A stretch of DNA of 33,113 nucleotides from a bacterium (GCA_040756235.1 JBFLZG010000118.1:1-33113); one strand, 5' to 3'. Shown: positions 15,530 to 25,447, counted from the stretch's first letter. The notes: a model not told the origin generated them from the letters alone. Made by a program: numbers and translations.

Positions 15530-16867
15530 TCAGACAAGGAGCACCAGCTTGCGGAACACATCTTCCGGGTCGGTGCCGAGAAGGCGGATCATGGGCTCTT
15601 TGCCGGCCTCGCCCCGGTCGCAGATGAGATCGGGCCGGCTCGGCGCTTCTCTGAGCGCCTGCAGAGTGCCCCATTCCAGGGTGGACCCCTCACGCCGTTT
15701 CACCTCTTCGGGCTCCCGGGCCCGGTCGAAAAACGCGATCCGGAACCCGTGTCCGCCGGCCCTGGCGAGCACTTCTTCGGAAAAGCGGATGTTCATCGCA
15801 GAGCGCAGCTCGGGGTGGATCCGCATGGCGGCCAGGATGACGCTGGCGATGTGGCGCGAGGCACCGAACGCCGGAGCCCTGACCGGCGCGAGCCCTTCCG
15901 GCAGCCGGACGAGGCGTCCGGGGAAGGCGGCGACCTCATCGGGCGACGCCGCCAGCGGCAGCGCGAAGCCCAGGTTGGATTGTACTTCCGGGGCCAGACG
16001 TCCCAGGGCCGTATGCTTCTGCACCTCTCTGCCAACCTTCTCCAGCAGGGCCAGCACCTGGTAGCGTTCGGCGTCGCGAAAGGCCGCCGAGTAGGGGTTG
16101 GTGGGCCCGTGCCCGCCGCCGATGGCCAGCGAGAACCGGATCGCGCCGGTGATGAACGCCTTGGCTTTCTCGATGGCCTTGGCAAGATCCGTATCCCTGG
16201 CCAGAAAGGTGGCGATCGCCGCCGAATACGTGCATCCCGTGCCGTGCGTGTTGGCCGTGTCGATCCTGGGCGCGGAGAAAACCGTGAATCCGGTTCCGTC
16301 GAAGAGCAGATCGGCCGCCTCGCTGCCCTGGCCGTGGCCTCCCTTGAGGAGGACGGCCTTGGCGCCCAGGCCGGCGAGCGCCCGCGCCGCATCCCGGCGC
16401 CGGTCCTCGCTCTCGACCGAGCGCCCGCTCAGGAGCTCGGCTTCGGGCAGGTTGGGCGTGACGAGGTCGGCGCAGGGGAAGAGCAGCCGCACGAGGCTTT
16501 CCCTTGCATCCTCGCTCAGGAGGGAGTGCCCGCCCTTGGACACGAGCACGGGATCCACGACCAGGGGCCGGATGGCGAAGCGCCTCACGGCTTCAGCAAC
16601 GACCTCGACGATCTCGCGGTTGGCGAGCATGCCGGTCTTGGCTGCGTCCACGCCGATGTCCGAGGCGACCGCCTCGATCTGGCGGAGCACGAACTCGGGA
16701 GGGACCGCGTGGACCCCGGTCACCTCGCGGGTGTTCTGCGCGGTGAGAGCGGTGATCGCGCTCATCCCGAAGCCGCCCAGCACGGTGATGGTCTTCAGGT
16801 CCGCCTGAATTCCGGCCCCGCCTCCCGAATCGGATCCGGCGACCGTCAGCACACGTTCGAACGGCAT
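15530..16867 (-). CDS. thiD: Bifunctional HMP/HMP-P kinase with C-terminal ThiN-type thiamine-phosphate synthase domain (ThiDN)
   Basis: VLTVAGSDSGGGAGIQADLKT, TPNLPEAE, LLKGGH, THGTGCTYS; C-terminal PEVQSN, FGASRHIA, RSAMNIRF, GKEPMIRLLG. Confidence 0.93.
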   Translation of the reverse strand: MPFERVLTVAGSDSGGGAGIQADLKTITVLGGFGMSAITALTAQNTREVTGVHAVPPEFVLRQIEAVASDIGVDAAKTGMLANREIVEVVAEAVRRFAIRPLVVDPVLVSKGGHSLLSEDARESLVRLLFPCADLVTPNLPEAELLSGRSVESEDRRRDAARALAGLGAKAVLLKGGHGQGSEAADLLFDGTGFTVFSAPRIDTANTHGTGCTYSAAIATFLARDTDLAKAIEKAKAFITGAIRFSLAIGGGHGPTNPYSAAFRDAERYQVLALLEKVGREVQKHTALGRLAPEVQSNLGFALPLAASPDEVAAFPGRLVRLPEGLAPVRAPAFGASRHIASVILAAMRIHPELRSAMNIRFSEEVLARAGGHGFRIAFFDRAREPEEVKRREGSTLEWGTLQALREAPSRPDLICDRGEAGKEPMIRLLGTDPEDVFRKLVLLV

Positions 16868-17089
16868 GAGAGCGTCTCCCCTGGAGGTCCCGGATCCCCC
16901 CTCCGGCCCGGGCCGACAGCTTGAGTTGAAGGACAGTGAATGTTAAAGCAAACGTGCAAAAAATCAAAGACAGGCCGTCCGCCGGGACGAGCTCGTGGAA
17001 GCCGGCCCGCCGTCATCGGTTAGATGAGCTCGGGGGGCATGGCCGATGCGGCGGCAGCGGCGGGCACCTCACGGGGAGGGGGCGTGCGA

Positions 17090-18331
17090 ATGGCAGCTCT
17101 TCGGCTACGCAGGGTGACTTGGATCGTGCTGTTCCTGGCTGGGATCAGCGCCTGCGCCGCATACGAAGCATCGCTCCGGCGCCCGGGAGCCGGGGGCAAG
17201 GGCGAGCCGCGGGAAGAGGCACGGCACGAGACGCTCAGCCGCACCCGCTGGTGGAACGCCCCGGACGTCTCCGACGATCTCTCCTGCGAGGGACTGGCCG
17301 AGGCCATACGCCAGAGCCTCGCGTACTACGGGAAGCGGAGCCCGGGAGAGAGCCTGCGCTTCGGCAAGGACGTCTACACGGTGGAGGAGATGACCGGTTT
17401 CCTCGAGCGCCTCCTTGCCGTGCTCGCGCAGCCCGGCGCGGCCGCCGGTGGCCCCGCGCAAGCGCTGGCCGGAATCAGCCGGACCTACCGGGCCGGCGTC
17501 GGCGGCAAGAAGATCGTGTTCACCGGCTACTACGAGCCGGTCCTCGAGGGCTCGCTCGCGCCCGACCCCGCTTATCCCGTGCCCCTCTACCGCGTCCCCG
17601 CGGACATGGTCCAGGTCGACCTCGGGCTCTTTCGCAGCGATCTTCAGGGCATGCGCATCGTGGGCCGGTACGAGCAGGGGGTGCTGGTCCCCTACCACTC
17701 GCGGCACGAGATCGACCGGCTCGGACGGCTGGCCGGAAAAGGGGGCGAGCTGATCTGGCTCAAGGACCCGGTCGAGGCTTTCTTTCTGCACATCCAGGGC
17801 TCGGGCCGGATCGTTCTGCCGGACGGCGCATCGGTCAGGGTCCACTATGCAGGCAGCAACGGGCGGCCGTATCGCAGCATCGGGGAGTTCCTGCTTGGCG
17901 CCGGCAAGATGCAGGCAGGCGATCTCTCCTCGCCCGCCCTGAAGGCGTATCTCAGGTCCTGTCCCGAGGAGCGGGACCTCATCCTGGATCAGAACGAGCG
18001 CTACGTGTTCTTCGAGAAGGCCGCCGTCGGCCCTCTGGGCAGCCTGTCCGTGCCGCTGACCGCCGGGCGCTCGGTCGCGACCGACTCGGCCCTGTACCCC
18101 AAGGGTGCGCTGGCCCTCATCGAGACCGACCTGCCGGTCCTGGACGGGGACGGACGGACCAGGTCCTGGAAGCGCGTCCGGCGGCTGGTCCTCAACCAGG
18201 ACACCGGAGCGGCGATCCGAGGGCCGGCCAGGGTCGATCTCTTCTGGGGCAGCGGCGAGCAGGCAGGCCTTGAGGCGGGCTGCATGAAGCGTCCCGGCAG
18301 GCTCTACTTCCTCGCGCCGAAGCGGGAATGA
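17090..18331 (+). CDS. mltA: Membrane-bound lytic murein transglycosylase A (lipoprotein)
   Basis: Signal peptide with lipobox ISAC; FTGYYEP, FFLHIQGSG, NERYVFF, QDTGAAIRG, VDLFWGSG. Start chosen from the GGGGAGG RBS. Confidence 0.92.
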   Translation: MAALRLRRVTWIVLFLAGISACAAYEASLRRPGAGGKGEPREEARHETLSRTRWWNAPDVSDDLSCEGLAEAIRQSLAYYGKRSPGESLRFGKDVYTVEEMTGFLERLLAVLAQPGAAAGGPAQALAGISRTYRAGVGGKKIVFTGYYEPVLEGSLAPDPAYPVPLYRVPADMVQVDLGLFRSDLQGMRIVGRYEQGVLVPYHSRHEIDRLGRLAGKGGELIWLKDPVEAFFLHIQGSGRIVLPDGASVRVHYAGSNGRPYRSIGEFLLGAGKMQAGDLSSPALKAYLRSCPEERDLILDQNERYVFFEKAAVGPLGSLSVPLTAGRSVATDSALYPKGALALIETDLPVLDGDGRTRSWKRVRRLVLNQDTGAAIRGPARVDLFWGSGEQAGLEAGCMKRPGRLYFLAPKRE

Positions 18332-18339
18332 AGGCGGTC

Positions 18340-21300
18340 TCAGGCCCTTCCCGGTCGGCGCCTGTCGATCAGGTAGCCGAGCTCTCGAGCTTCAGAGGTT
18401 GGGAGGCGGCTCGCCAGCCGGCTCCGGTCCCTGGCCCTACGCGCCCTGCGCCGCAGCACGTACAAGAGGCCCAGCACGGGGAGCACGAGGACGAGGTTTG
18501 CCGAGAACCCGCTGCCGTCCGGCGCCCCGGCCACCTGGGAGCATCCGCAGTCCCCGTCATCCCCGCCTCCTCCTCCGCCCTCTTCACCCGAGACCACGGA
18601 TGCGTGCAGCGTAGCCCAGGCCTCCTCTCGATCCGCGGCGCTCACCTTTCCGACCACGTGCGCGTAGATGTCGTGCTCGCCTGCCGACCTGGGCGTCCAC
18701 TCGCCCCAGAAGTAGTTGTCGCCCCGGGCAAGGCCGCGGACGATGCCGGTGGTGAAAGGCTTTCCGCCCTCTCTCGGATCGCCGTCGAAGAACGTGACCA
18801 GGTAGTGCTTGGCGTGCGGAGTGTCCGAGACGATGTGAAGGCGGGCCTCGTACCTCCGGCCCGCCACCAGCTCGACCGCTCCCGCTTTGAGCTCGTCCCC
18901 GATCTTGACCGCGAAGGCATTCTCCGGGAAGCGGTAGTCCGCTTCCTCTGCCGCCGGCGCCAACCGCACCCGCGAGGCGGCGACCGGCATGCGAACCCCG
19001 TCGGGCGCCGCCTCGGCTTCCTCGTCCGTGTCGGGCATGACGGACCAGCCGTTGCTCCAGGGGTAGAAGCCCTCGTTGTTTCCCTGGAGAAGCTGCTCCC
19101 CGCTCTCGTCCCACCCCTCGTGGAGCTCCTCGACCTCCCCCTCGGGGTTCTCGGGGGTCGGCTCGTCCACGCGAACCAGGAAACGGTAGACGTACCTTCC
19201 CTCGGCCTGGTTGAGGCCGGTCGTGTCCCAGGGGACGCACACCTCCTCCATGGAGGTGCCGCCGGGCCTGATGACGCTGTCGAGGCGGTCGACCCGGGTC
19301 GACATGCCCGGCTGGGTCAGGGGCTCGCCGACCGGCTCGGCGTGGTCGTTGTCCCAGAGGTAGTAGTAGAAATTCACCGGGAAGCCGGGCGACGGGATGT
19401 CCACGAAGCTGTAATTGTAGATCCGCGCGCAGAGCAGGACCACGTCTCCGTCCACGGGGGACCCGCTGAGCAGGTTGTGCTCCCCGGAGACCGGATCCGT
19501 CTCGCTCTCGCGCAGGAAGAACCCCCGCATCCTCTGCCGCTGCGTGTCTTCGAGGTCCCGAAGGGTCCAATATTCCACCAGTTGATCCCCGTAGGGCTCG
19601 TGCCACTCGAAGCGGTAGGGGAGGTTGAGAGCGGGATCCGGGAGCGCTCCGTACTGCCGGCGCCACCAGTCCGCGCCCTGTGTGGATCCGACGGGATCGA
19701 CGGCGTGGGCGACCTTGAAGGCGCCGTTCGTGGCCGCGTACACGGCGGTGGTGTAGGCGTAGGCCCGGTCGGCATGCTCTCCCTCGGGCTTCTCGAGCTC
19801 CAGCCCCTTCGCCACCGAGTCCTTCGTCTCGGAGGTCGTGCCTCCGCCCCAGCTCTGCTTGCTGTCGAGGTTGACCGTGGCCTCGGCATTGACGTGCAGC
19901 CAGTCGAAGTTGATCCTGTACCCGAGCTTGAGATCCAGCCCCTCGGTCATGGTGTTCGAGTGGTCCTTCTCGGTGTCCGTGCCCGAGTTGGCCGTGAAGT
20001 CCAGCCCCCAGCTGTACTCGTTCGCATCCCAGTACTTGACCGGCATGTGGTTGTTGTCATTCCAGTTCCAGATCCTGTCGGAGGTGATCGTCTGGTTCGT
20101 GCCGGGATCCGTGTACGAGATCGACCCGAGGTCCTCCGGGTTCCAGACCACCACCCCGTTCGAGCCGAAGACCGGGTAGGAGAGCAGGTTGTGGTTCTCG
20201 TGGGCGGGCTGATAGAAGTCCGAGTGGTTCATCCCCCCGCCCGAGTACAGGGTCTGCACGGCGCTCGGGATGACGGTCTCGTAGTAGCCGTACTCCTCGT
20301 CGGGCACACCGGTGTCGTAGCCGATGATGGGGTAGCGCCAGAGATCCAGGGTCGAGACGTTCCCCGTGATGCTGTCGTCGAGCATGGCGCTGTCGTCGTA
20401 GTGGACGCTCGCCTCCGCGTACTGGCTGTTTACCGTCGTGTCGCTGCACTCGTACTCGTAGCCGAGCTTGAGGGCCGCCTCGGCGGAGAGGGGCGCCTTC
20501 TCGCAGTTCTTGCCCACGACCTTGAGGCACGCGGTCACGTCGATGTCGGCGCTCGTCCCGATGTCCCAGCTCGAGGTGGTCGTCGTCGAGGTCGAGAGCT
20601 CCTTGTCGTTCTCGTCCTTGGTGAAGACCCGGAACCCGCTGTACGCGCCGACCGACGCCACGTCCCACTCCCCGTCCAGATCCCCGGGGACGACCGGCAG
20701 GTAGTCCACGTGCTTCGGGGGCTCCTGCACGACCGACTGCAGGGTGTAGTACTGGTCCATCACCATGTGGGTCGGGGCGCCGAGCTTCCACGAGTCGCCG
20801 TCGAAGTCGTAGGCGACGAGGAACGGATCGATCATCTGGTCGGGAGGCTGGTCCTGCTTGTACGGCTGGTAGACGACCCCCTGCGGAATGCGGAAGTGCT
20901 GGAAGAGCTCGTAGTGCGTGCCGTCGAAGGGGGGGGCGTTCAGGAAGTAGGTGGTGGCGATCTCCTCGGTGGGCGACGAGGCGGTTCCGTCCACTCCGTG
21001 GCCGACGAAGTTCCCGACGGCCATGTCCAGCTTGTACACCGTCGCATAGCCGGAGAAGAGGGTCTCGTTCGTCGCCACCCCGGCCAGCGCCGCCGTGTAG
21101 TCCGAATGGAACTCGATCCCGAGCGTCTCGAGGGCCGGCGTGCCGGAGACGGTGGCCAGGTACGCGACCCCGAGCTGGCGCCGGTTCACGTCGTAGCCCG
21201 CCAGCGGATCGTACTTGAAGAGCCCCGCCATGGCGCGGACCTCGCGGGTCTTCGCCTTGGTCGTGAAGGTGAAGGATCTCTTCATCTGGAGGACCGACGT

Positions 21301-22317
21301 GGCGCTCAGCTCGTACAGGTAGCCCGTGATGGAGCTCGCCCCGACCGACTCGCTCGCCGGCCCGGTCACCGCCACGATCTGCTCCCTGCCGTCGATGACG
21401 AAGGCCCCGGCCGCCAGGTCGACCGTCGGGTAGACGGTGCTCTGCTCGGCCGTCGAGACGAGGGCGAGGCTCGTGGCCCCGGAATCCGGGTCCGTCACCA
21501 GACGGAGGACCGCGACCTTCAGGGTGTACGCGGAATCGGACGCGACGGTCCACCCGACGGCGACCTCGTAGGCCAGATCCCCGTCGAAGTCGCCGACAGC
21601 GGCGGCGACATGCGTGCTGCAGGCGGCCCCGGTCGAGATCGCCTGGGAGCCGAGATCCTCGAGGTTGCCGTCCAGCACATCGACCAGCACCTCGCATCCG
21701 CCCGTTCCGTTCACGGGAGCGCGCGCGACCACGATCTCGTCATGGTAGTACCCCTGCTCGTCGGGAGCGAGATCGAGGTCGCCGACAGCCACGTCCAGAC
21801 CCGCACCCGCGGTCGTCGAGCCGGGGAGCAGAACCCGCATGGAATCGTCGATGGCCGGGAGCCGGAGATCGACCTCGACGACCCTCACCTGACCGTCCTG
21901 CCGGTGCCACGCGACCACCGCGTGGTCGCGTGAAGGATCGGCGAGCCGGCCGGAAGCGGCTGCGACGTTCCGGGTCGACCAGCTGTAGTTAAAGTCACTC
22001 CCATCGCCATGGTAAGGGAGCTGACCGTTGTCGACCGGGATACTCCAGGAGGTGAGCGCGTCGTTCGCGGGAATGGCGTACCAGCGGGAGATCGTAGGCG
22101 TCGGCGCTCCGTGGAACATCTGCCCCATGTAGAGCTCGTCGTCGCGGAAGATCATCGACGCGGGCGCTCCGACCGGGTCCGAGTCCCCGGCCTCGGCGGC
22201 CACGCCGGGCGCCGCAGCGGGCACCGTTGCGAGCACTAGGAAAAGCAGAGCCGCAAACGCGAACGACAGGGCAGGAAGACGTCTGCCTCTACTCTTGCGC
22301 AGCACGGATTCTTTCAT
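18340..22317 (-). CDS. Large acidic exported protein with FG-GAP/VCBS-like motifs and a C-terminal Gly/Cys-TM-basic sorting signal
   Basis: N-terminal signal peptide; VAVGDLD, AVGDFDGD, YDFDGD motifs; C-terminal GGGGGGDDGDCGCS + hydrophobic helix + RRRARRAR; GGGAGG RBS. Confidence 0.85.
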   Translation of the reverse strand: MKESVLRKSRGRRLPALSFAFAALLFLVLATVPAAAPGVAAEAGDSDPVGAPASMIFRDDELYMGQMFHGAPTPTISRWYAIPANDALTSWSIPVDNGQLPYHGDGSDFNYSWSTRNVAAASGRLADPSRDHAVVAWHRQDGQVRVVEVDLRLPAIDDSMRVLLPGSTTAGAGLDVAVGDLDLAPDEQGYYHDEIVVARAPVNGTGGCEVLVDVLDGNLEDLGSQAISTGAACSTHVAAAVGDFDGDLAYEVAVGWTVASDSAYTLKVAVLRLVTDPDSGATSLALVSTAEQSTVYPTVDLAAGAFVIDGREQIVAVTGPASESVGASSITGYLYELSATSVLQMKRSFTFTTKAKTREVRAMAGLFKYDPLAGYDVNRRQLGVAYLATVSGTPALETLGIEFHSDYTAALAGVATNETLFSGYATVYKLDMAVGNFVGHGVDGTASSPTEEIATTYFLNAPPFDGTHYELFQHFRIPQGVVYQPYKQDQPPDQMIDPFLVAYDFDGDSWKLGAPTHMVMDQYYTLQSVVQEPPKHVDYLPVVPGDLDGEWDVASVGAYSGFRVFTKDENDKELSTSTTTTSSWDIGTSADIDVTACLKVVGKNCEKAPLSAEAALKLGYEYECSDTTVNSQYAEASVHYDDSAMLDDSITGNVSTLDLWRYPIIGYDTGVPDEEYGYYETVIPSAVQTLYSGGGMNHSDFYQPAHENHNLLSYPVFGSNGVVVWNPEDLGSISYTDPGTNQTITSDRIWNWNDNNHMPVKYWDANEYSWGLDFTANSGTDTEKDHSNTMTEGLDLKLGYRINFDWLHVNAEATVNLDSKQSWGGGTTSETKDSVAKGLELEKPEGEHADRAYAYTTAVYAATNGAFKVAHAVDPVGSTQGADWWRRQYGALPDPALNLPYRFEWHEPYGDQLVEYWTLRDLEDTQRQRMRGFFLRESETDPVSGEHNLLSGSPVDGDVVLLCARIYNYSFVDIPSPGFPVNFYYYLWDNDHAEPVGEPLTQPGMSTRVDRLDSVIRPGGTSMEEVCVPWDTTGLNQAEGRYVYRFLVRVDEPTPENPEGEVEELHEGWDESGEQLLQGNNEGFYPWSNGWSVMPDTDEEAEAAPDGVRMPVAASRVRLAPAAEEADYRFPENAFAVKIGDELKAGAVELVAGRRYEARLHIVSDTPHAKHYLVTFFDGDPREGGKPFTTGIVRGLARGDNYFWGEWTPRSAGEHDIYAHVVGKVSAADREEAWATLHASVVSGEEGGGGGGDDGDCGCSQVAGAPDGSGFSANLVLVLPVLGLLYVLRRRARRARDRSRLASRLPTSEARELGYLIDRRRPGRA

Positions 22318-22381
22318 CGGAGCCTCCCCTTGAGCTGAACCGCCGTTCCATTCGACTTCCTGCCCCTTTCAGACGGCAGGG

Positions 22382-22410
22382 AAATTAGCATTGGTATAAT
22401 ATCGTGTCAA
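22382..22410 (-). promoter_or_regulatory. Candidate sigma70 promoter for the surface-protein gene
   Basis: Minus strand TTGACA (22410-22405), 17-nt spacer, TAATTT preceded by TGn (extended -10). Confidence 0.65.
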
Positions 22411-22649
22411 GACCCTCCCTCCGTTGCGTAGTAAGCTTCTTGCATTCACTATGACCCAGTCATCAGACTGTCCATATCCCTCCAGTAGTAGGGTCCTCGG
22501 CCGGCGGAAAGCACGGGTCCGTTCGGCGGCCGGACGGCGCGGCGCGGGACGGACCCGTGCAAAGAACGGCTCGGGGCGGATGCTGTGCGGAGTGCCGGCA
22601 AAGGGGCGAAGGGGACGGGCTGTCTTCGACGAGAAAACAGGAAAGGCGC

Positions 22650-22889
22650 TCAGGGGGCGGACGGCCCGCTGACCTTGATGGCCGCGCGCGGGCAGCCCGT
22701 CACGCACTCCATGCACCCGTTGCAGAAGTGAGCGAAGCGGGGGACGATTCGGTAATCCGGCTCGATGCCGTGGTTCTCGAGCTTCTTCTTCGGCGCCGCA
22801 AGGAACACACCGGCGGGACAGAGCTCCTGGCAGCGGTAGCCGCATCCCTGGGCGTCACAGGCGCCCACCTTGACCTTGTAGTCGGCCAT
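22650..22889 (-). CDS. Small ferredoxin-like Fe-S protein (79 aa)
   Basis: MADYKVKVGACDAQGCGYRCQELCP...CNGCMECVTGCP; GGGGAG RBS upstream. Confidence 0.8.
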   Translation of the reverse strand: MADYKVKVGACDAQGCGYRCQELCPAGVFLAAPKKKLENHGIEPDYRIVPRFAHFCNGCMECVTGCPRAAIKVSGPSAP

Positions 22890-22891
22890 GG

Positions 22892-23219
22892 CTACCAACT
22901 CCCCGCCGCTTGGAGGACCGCCGAACGAGGTACGAAGCTGAGGGCGCCCGAGCCGCAAACCGCGCGCCACAGACCGCACCCAAAGCACTTGCCGGGGTCC
23001 ACCCGCACCTTCCCGGTGGGCTCCTGGTATTCCAGGGCGGGCGCCGAAGCCGCACCGCTCGACGCAAGGCGCCTCTCCCCTACAACCATCGCAGAGGTCG
23101 GCTGCGACGGTCAGCACGTCGTGCCCCTTCAAGACGGCCAGCCCACGGCGATGAGCTGTGCTGCCTCAACTTCGGGCCGATCCGCGACGTGCAAAGAAGC
23201 TGTTGCAGAACTCGCACAT
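22892..23219 (-). pseudogene. Decayed 4Fe-4S dicluster protein
   Basis: MCEFC start followed by an early stop; CDGCRGEAPCVERCGFGA in one frame continues as LEYQEP...CFGCGLWRAVC in another after an apparent 4-nt CGCC duplication (~23036-23043); one Cys position is Trp. Confidence 0.7.
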
Positions 23220-23395
23220 CTCATACCATCCGGCTGGGCTCCGCAGCCCGGCATCACCTGTGTCAACGACAACCGATTCACCCATGGAGGGGCGTCCGAT
23301 GTGGGTGCGATCGTAGTAGAGAAATGTAGTGAGTATCAAAAGAGGAATTTTGGGCTGAGCTCTTGCGCGGCCAAAATGCACATGCGCCGCCGAGC

Positions 23396-24346
23396 TCACA
23401 CGTGGTTTCTCAGCCGGAGCTCGATCGGGTGCGGCCGCAGGTAGTGCTGCTCTCTGAGGTAGGGCTGGTCGTACTTGCGCACGTAATGGTTGAAGAGAGT
23501 GACGGGTACGACGAGAGGGACGAGGCCCGCGCGGTACTGTTCGATGACTTCCAGGAGCTCCTGCTTCTCGTCGCCCGAGAGCTCCCGCTTGAAATAGCCC
23601 ATCATGTGGTGCAGCACGTTGACGTGCTTGCTCGCGGTCGCCTGCCGGCCGAGCGCTTCCATGAGCATCCGCAGGTATCGGTCGAACAGCTCGCGGAGCG
23701 GCAGCTCCTTCGGATCGGCCACGAGCCGGCCCATCTCCCTGTACAACGCAGGGCTGTGGGACAGGATCAGGAGCTTGTGCGTGGTGTGGAAGCCCACGAG
23801 ACCGGAGAGGCTGCGACCTCGGACCATCATCTCCCGCCACCGCTTGAACACGAAGATCCGTTCGATGAAGCTCTCCCTGAGCCGGGGATCGTGCAGGCGG
23901 CCTTCGTCTTCGACCGGGAGCAGGGGAAAGCGCTCCATGAAGGCCCGGGCGAACAGGCCGACTCCCGTCTTGCGGGCCACGCCGCCGGCATCATAGACCC
24001 TGACCCTCTCCATGCCGCTCGAGGGCGAATTCGCCTTGAAGATGAAGCCGCAAAGATCCTCGCGCTCCAGCTCCCGGACGCGCTTGCCGGCCCACCCGGT
24101 CATGCGCTCCGTGAGGTCCAGGCCGGTGCGGGTCACGATGAGTCGGGGAAACCGCGAATCCCCGACCTGCCGCAGCGGCTCGCGGGGCACGGGGAGGCCG
24201 CACTCCACCTCGGGGCAGACCGGCAGGTACTCGACGTACTGCCCGAGAGTCTCGGTGAGGAACCGGTCCAGCTTGTGGCCGCCGTCGTAGCGGACCTTTT
24301 CCCCGAGCAGGCAGGTGCTGATCCCGAGCCGGATCTTGTTGTCCAT
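23396..24346 (-). CDS. ybgA: DUF523 + DUF1722 (YbgA-family) protein
   Basis: GISTCLLGEKVRYDGGHK, VCPEVECG, PVEDEGRL, NVLHHMMGYFK, YLREQHYLRPHP...LRNHV. Confidence 0.9.
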   Translation of the reverse strand: MDNKIRLGISTCLLGEKVRYDGGHKLDRFLTETLGQYVEYLPVCPEVECGLPVPREPLRQVGDSRFPRLIVTRTGLDLTERMTGWAGKRVRELEREDLCGFIFKANSPSSGMERVRVYDAGGVARKTGVGLFARAFMERFPLLPVEDEGRLHDPRLRESFIERIFVFKRWREMMVRGRSLSGLVGFHTTHKLLILSHSPALYREMGRLVADPKELPLRELFDRYLRMLMEALGRQATASKHVNVLHHMMGYFKRELSGDEKQELLEVIEQYRAGLVPLVVPVTLFNHYVRKYDQPYLREQHYLRPHPIELRLRNHV

Positions 24347-24640
24347 GGACGCCTCTCATGTACAGCGCGCCGCATCAGCCCTCACGAATATTGAACCGGC
24401 GGCATGCGCTCGAGTCAACCCGAAGCGGCCTTTCCTTGCGCTCGCTGCGCCGCCGGCTCCTCTTGCCCCCGGCGGCCGGGGTGGCGCGCCGGAGCGCCGG
24501 GTCGCAGGTTGCGCGGGCAGGGAACATCGTGGAAAGATGGCCGAAACACCGGCGAGCGCCCGTTGGCGCGGCGCCGGAGTTGCGCGGAAGGGGTCCTGTT
24601 GCGAGCCGAGCGGCATCCTATCGTCAGGGGAGGGCGGACC

Positions 24641-25411
24641 GTGTGTCAACTCTGCGTGCTCACCGTGAATCTGCGCCGCGAGGACGAGTCGGACGGCCCG
24701 AACAACTGGCCCCACCGAAGAGCGCTCATGGCACGCCTGATCCGGGAGGCAGCGCCGGTCCTTTTCGGGACCCAGGAGGGCCGGCGGGCGCAGATCGAGG
24801 ACCTTCATGGTATGCTGAGCGAATACGCCATCTCGGACCGGCACCGGAACTGGGATCTCCAGCGTTTCTACCCTTCCATCTTCTACCGGCCAGAGCTCCT
24901 GGATCTCCTGTCGAGCGGCGACCGCTGGCTCTCCGAGACGCCGGAGCTGCACGCCAGCAAGAGCTGGGGGAGCGCTTTCCCGCGGCTGGCCACCTGGGCC
25001 CGCTTCCGAACGCGAGAGGATCGGCGCGAGCTCCTGTTCGCCTGCGCCCACCTCGATCACATCGAGCCGAGGGCCCGGGAGGGCCAGGCCCGGGCCCTTG
25101 CCGACCTGCTGGCCGCGGTGAACCCGGATCGGGTCCCGCTCATCCTGGTGGGCGACTTCAATGACGTGCCCGGCTCCAGGCCGTACGCGATCCTCACCTC
25201 GGCGCTCAGGGACGCATGGCTGGAGAAGAATCCTTCGAGTCTCGACCAGAACACGTGGCACGGGTTCAGCGGCAAGGGGGAGAAGGGCAGGCTGGACTGG
25301 ATCCTGGTGAGCCGGGCCGTGCAAGTCCTGAGCGCGCACATCCTGCGCACTTCCTATGCCGACGCCTTTCCGTCCGATCACTTTCCGGTCCGGGCCGACC
25401 TGACCTTCTGA
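24641..25411 (+). CDS. Endonuclease/exonuclease/phosphatase (EEP) family protein
   Basis: LTVNLR, GTQEG, AHLDH, VGDFND, RLDWIL, PSDHFPV; GTG start after GGGGAGG. Confidence 0.88.
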   Translation: MCQLCVLTVNLRREDESDGPNNWPHRRALMARLIREAAPVLFGTQEGRRAQIEDLHGMLSEYAISDRHRNWDLQRFYPSIFYRPELLDLLSSGDRWLSETPELHASKSWGSAFPRLATWARFRTREDRRELLFACAHLDHIEPRAREGQARALADLLAAVNPDRVPLILVGDFNDVPGSRPYAILTSALRDAWLEKNPSSLDQNTWHGFSGKGEKGRLDWILVSRAVQVLSAHILRTSYADAFPSDHFPVRADLTF

Positions 25412-25447
25412 ATCCCGCCCCGGCAACCATCGGATATTGCGAGGACC

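Noticed and set aside
16868..17089. Possible TPP riboswitch upstream of thiD
   Set aside because: No CTGAGA or ACCTGA...TAATGCC aptamer motifs on the minus strand.
18328..21933. 1201-aa plus-strand ORF
   Set aside because: Antisense shadow of the surface-protein gene.
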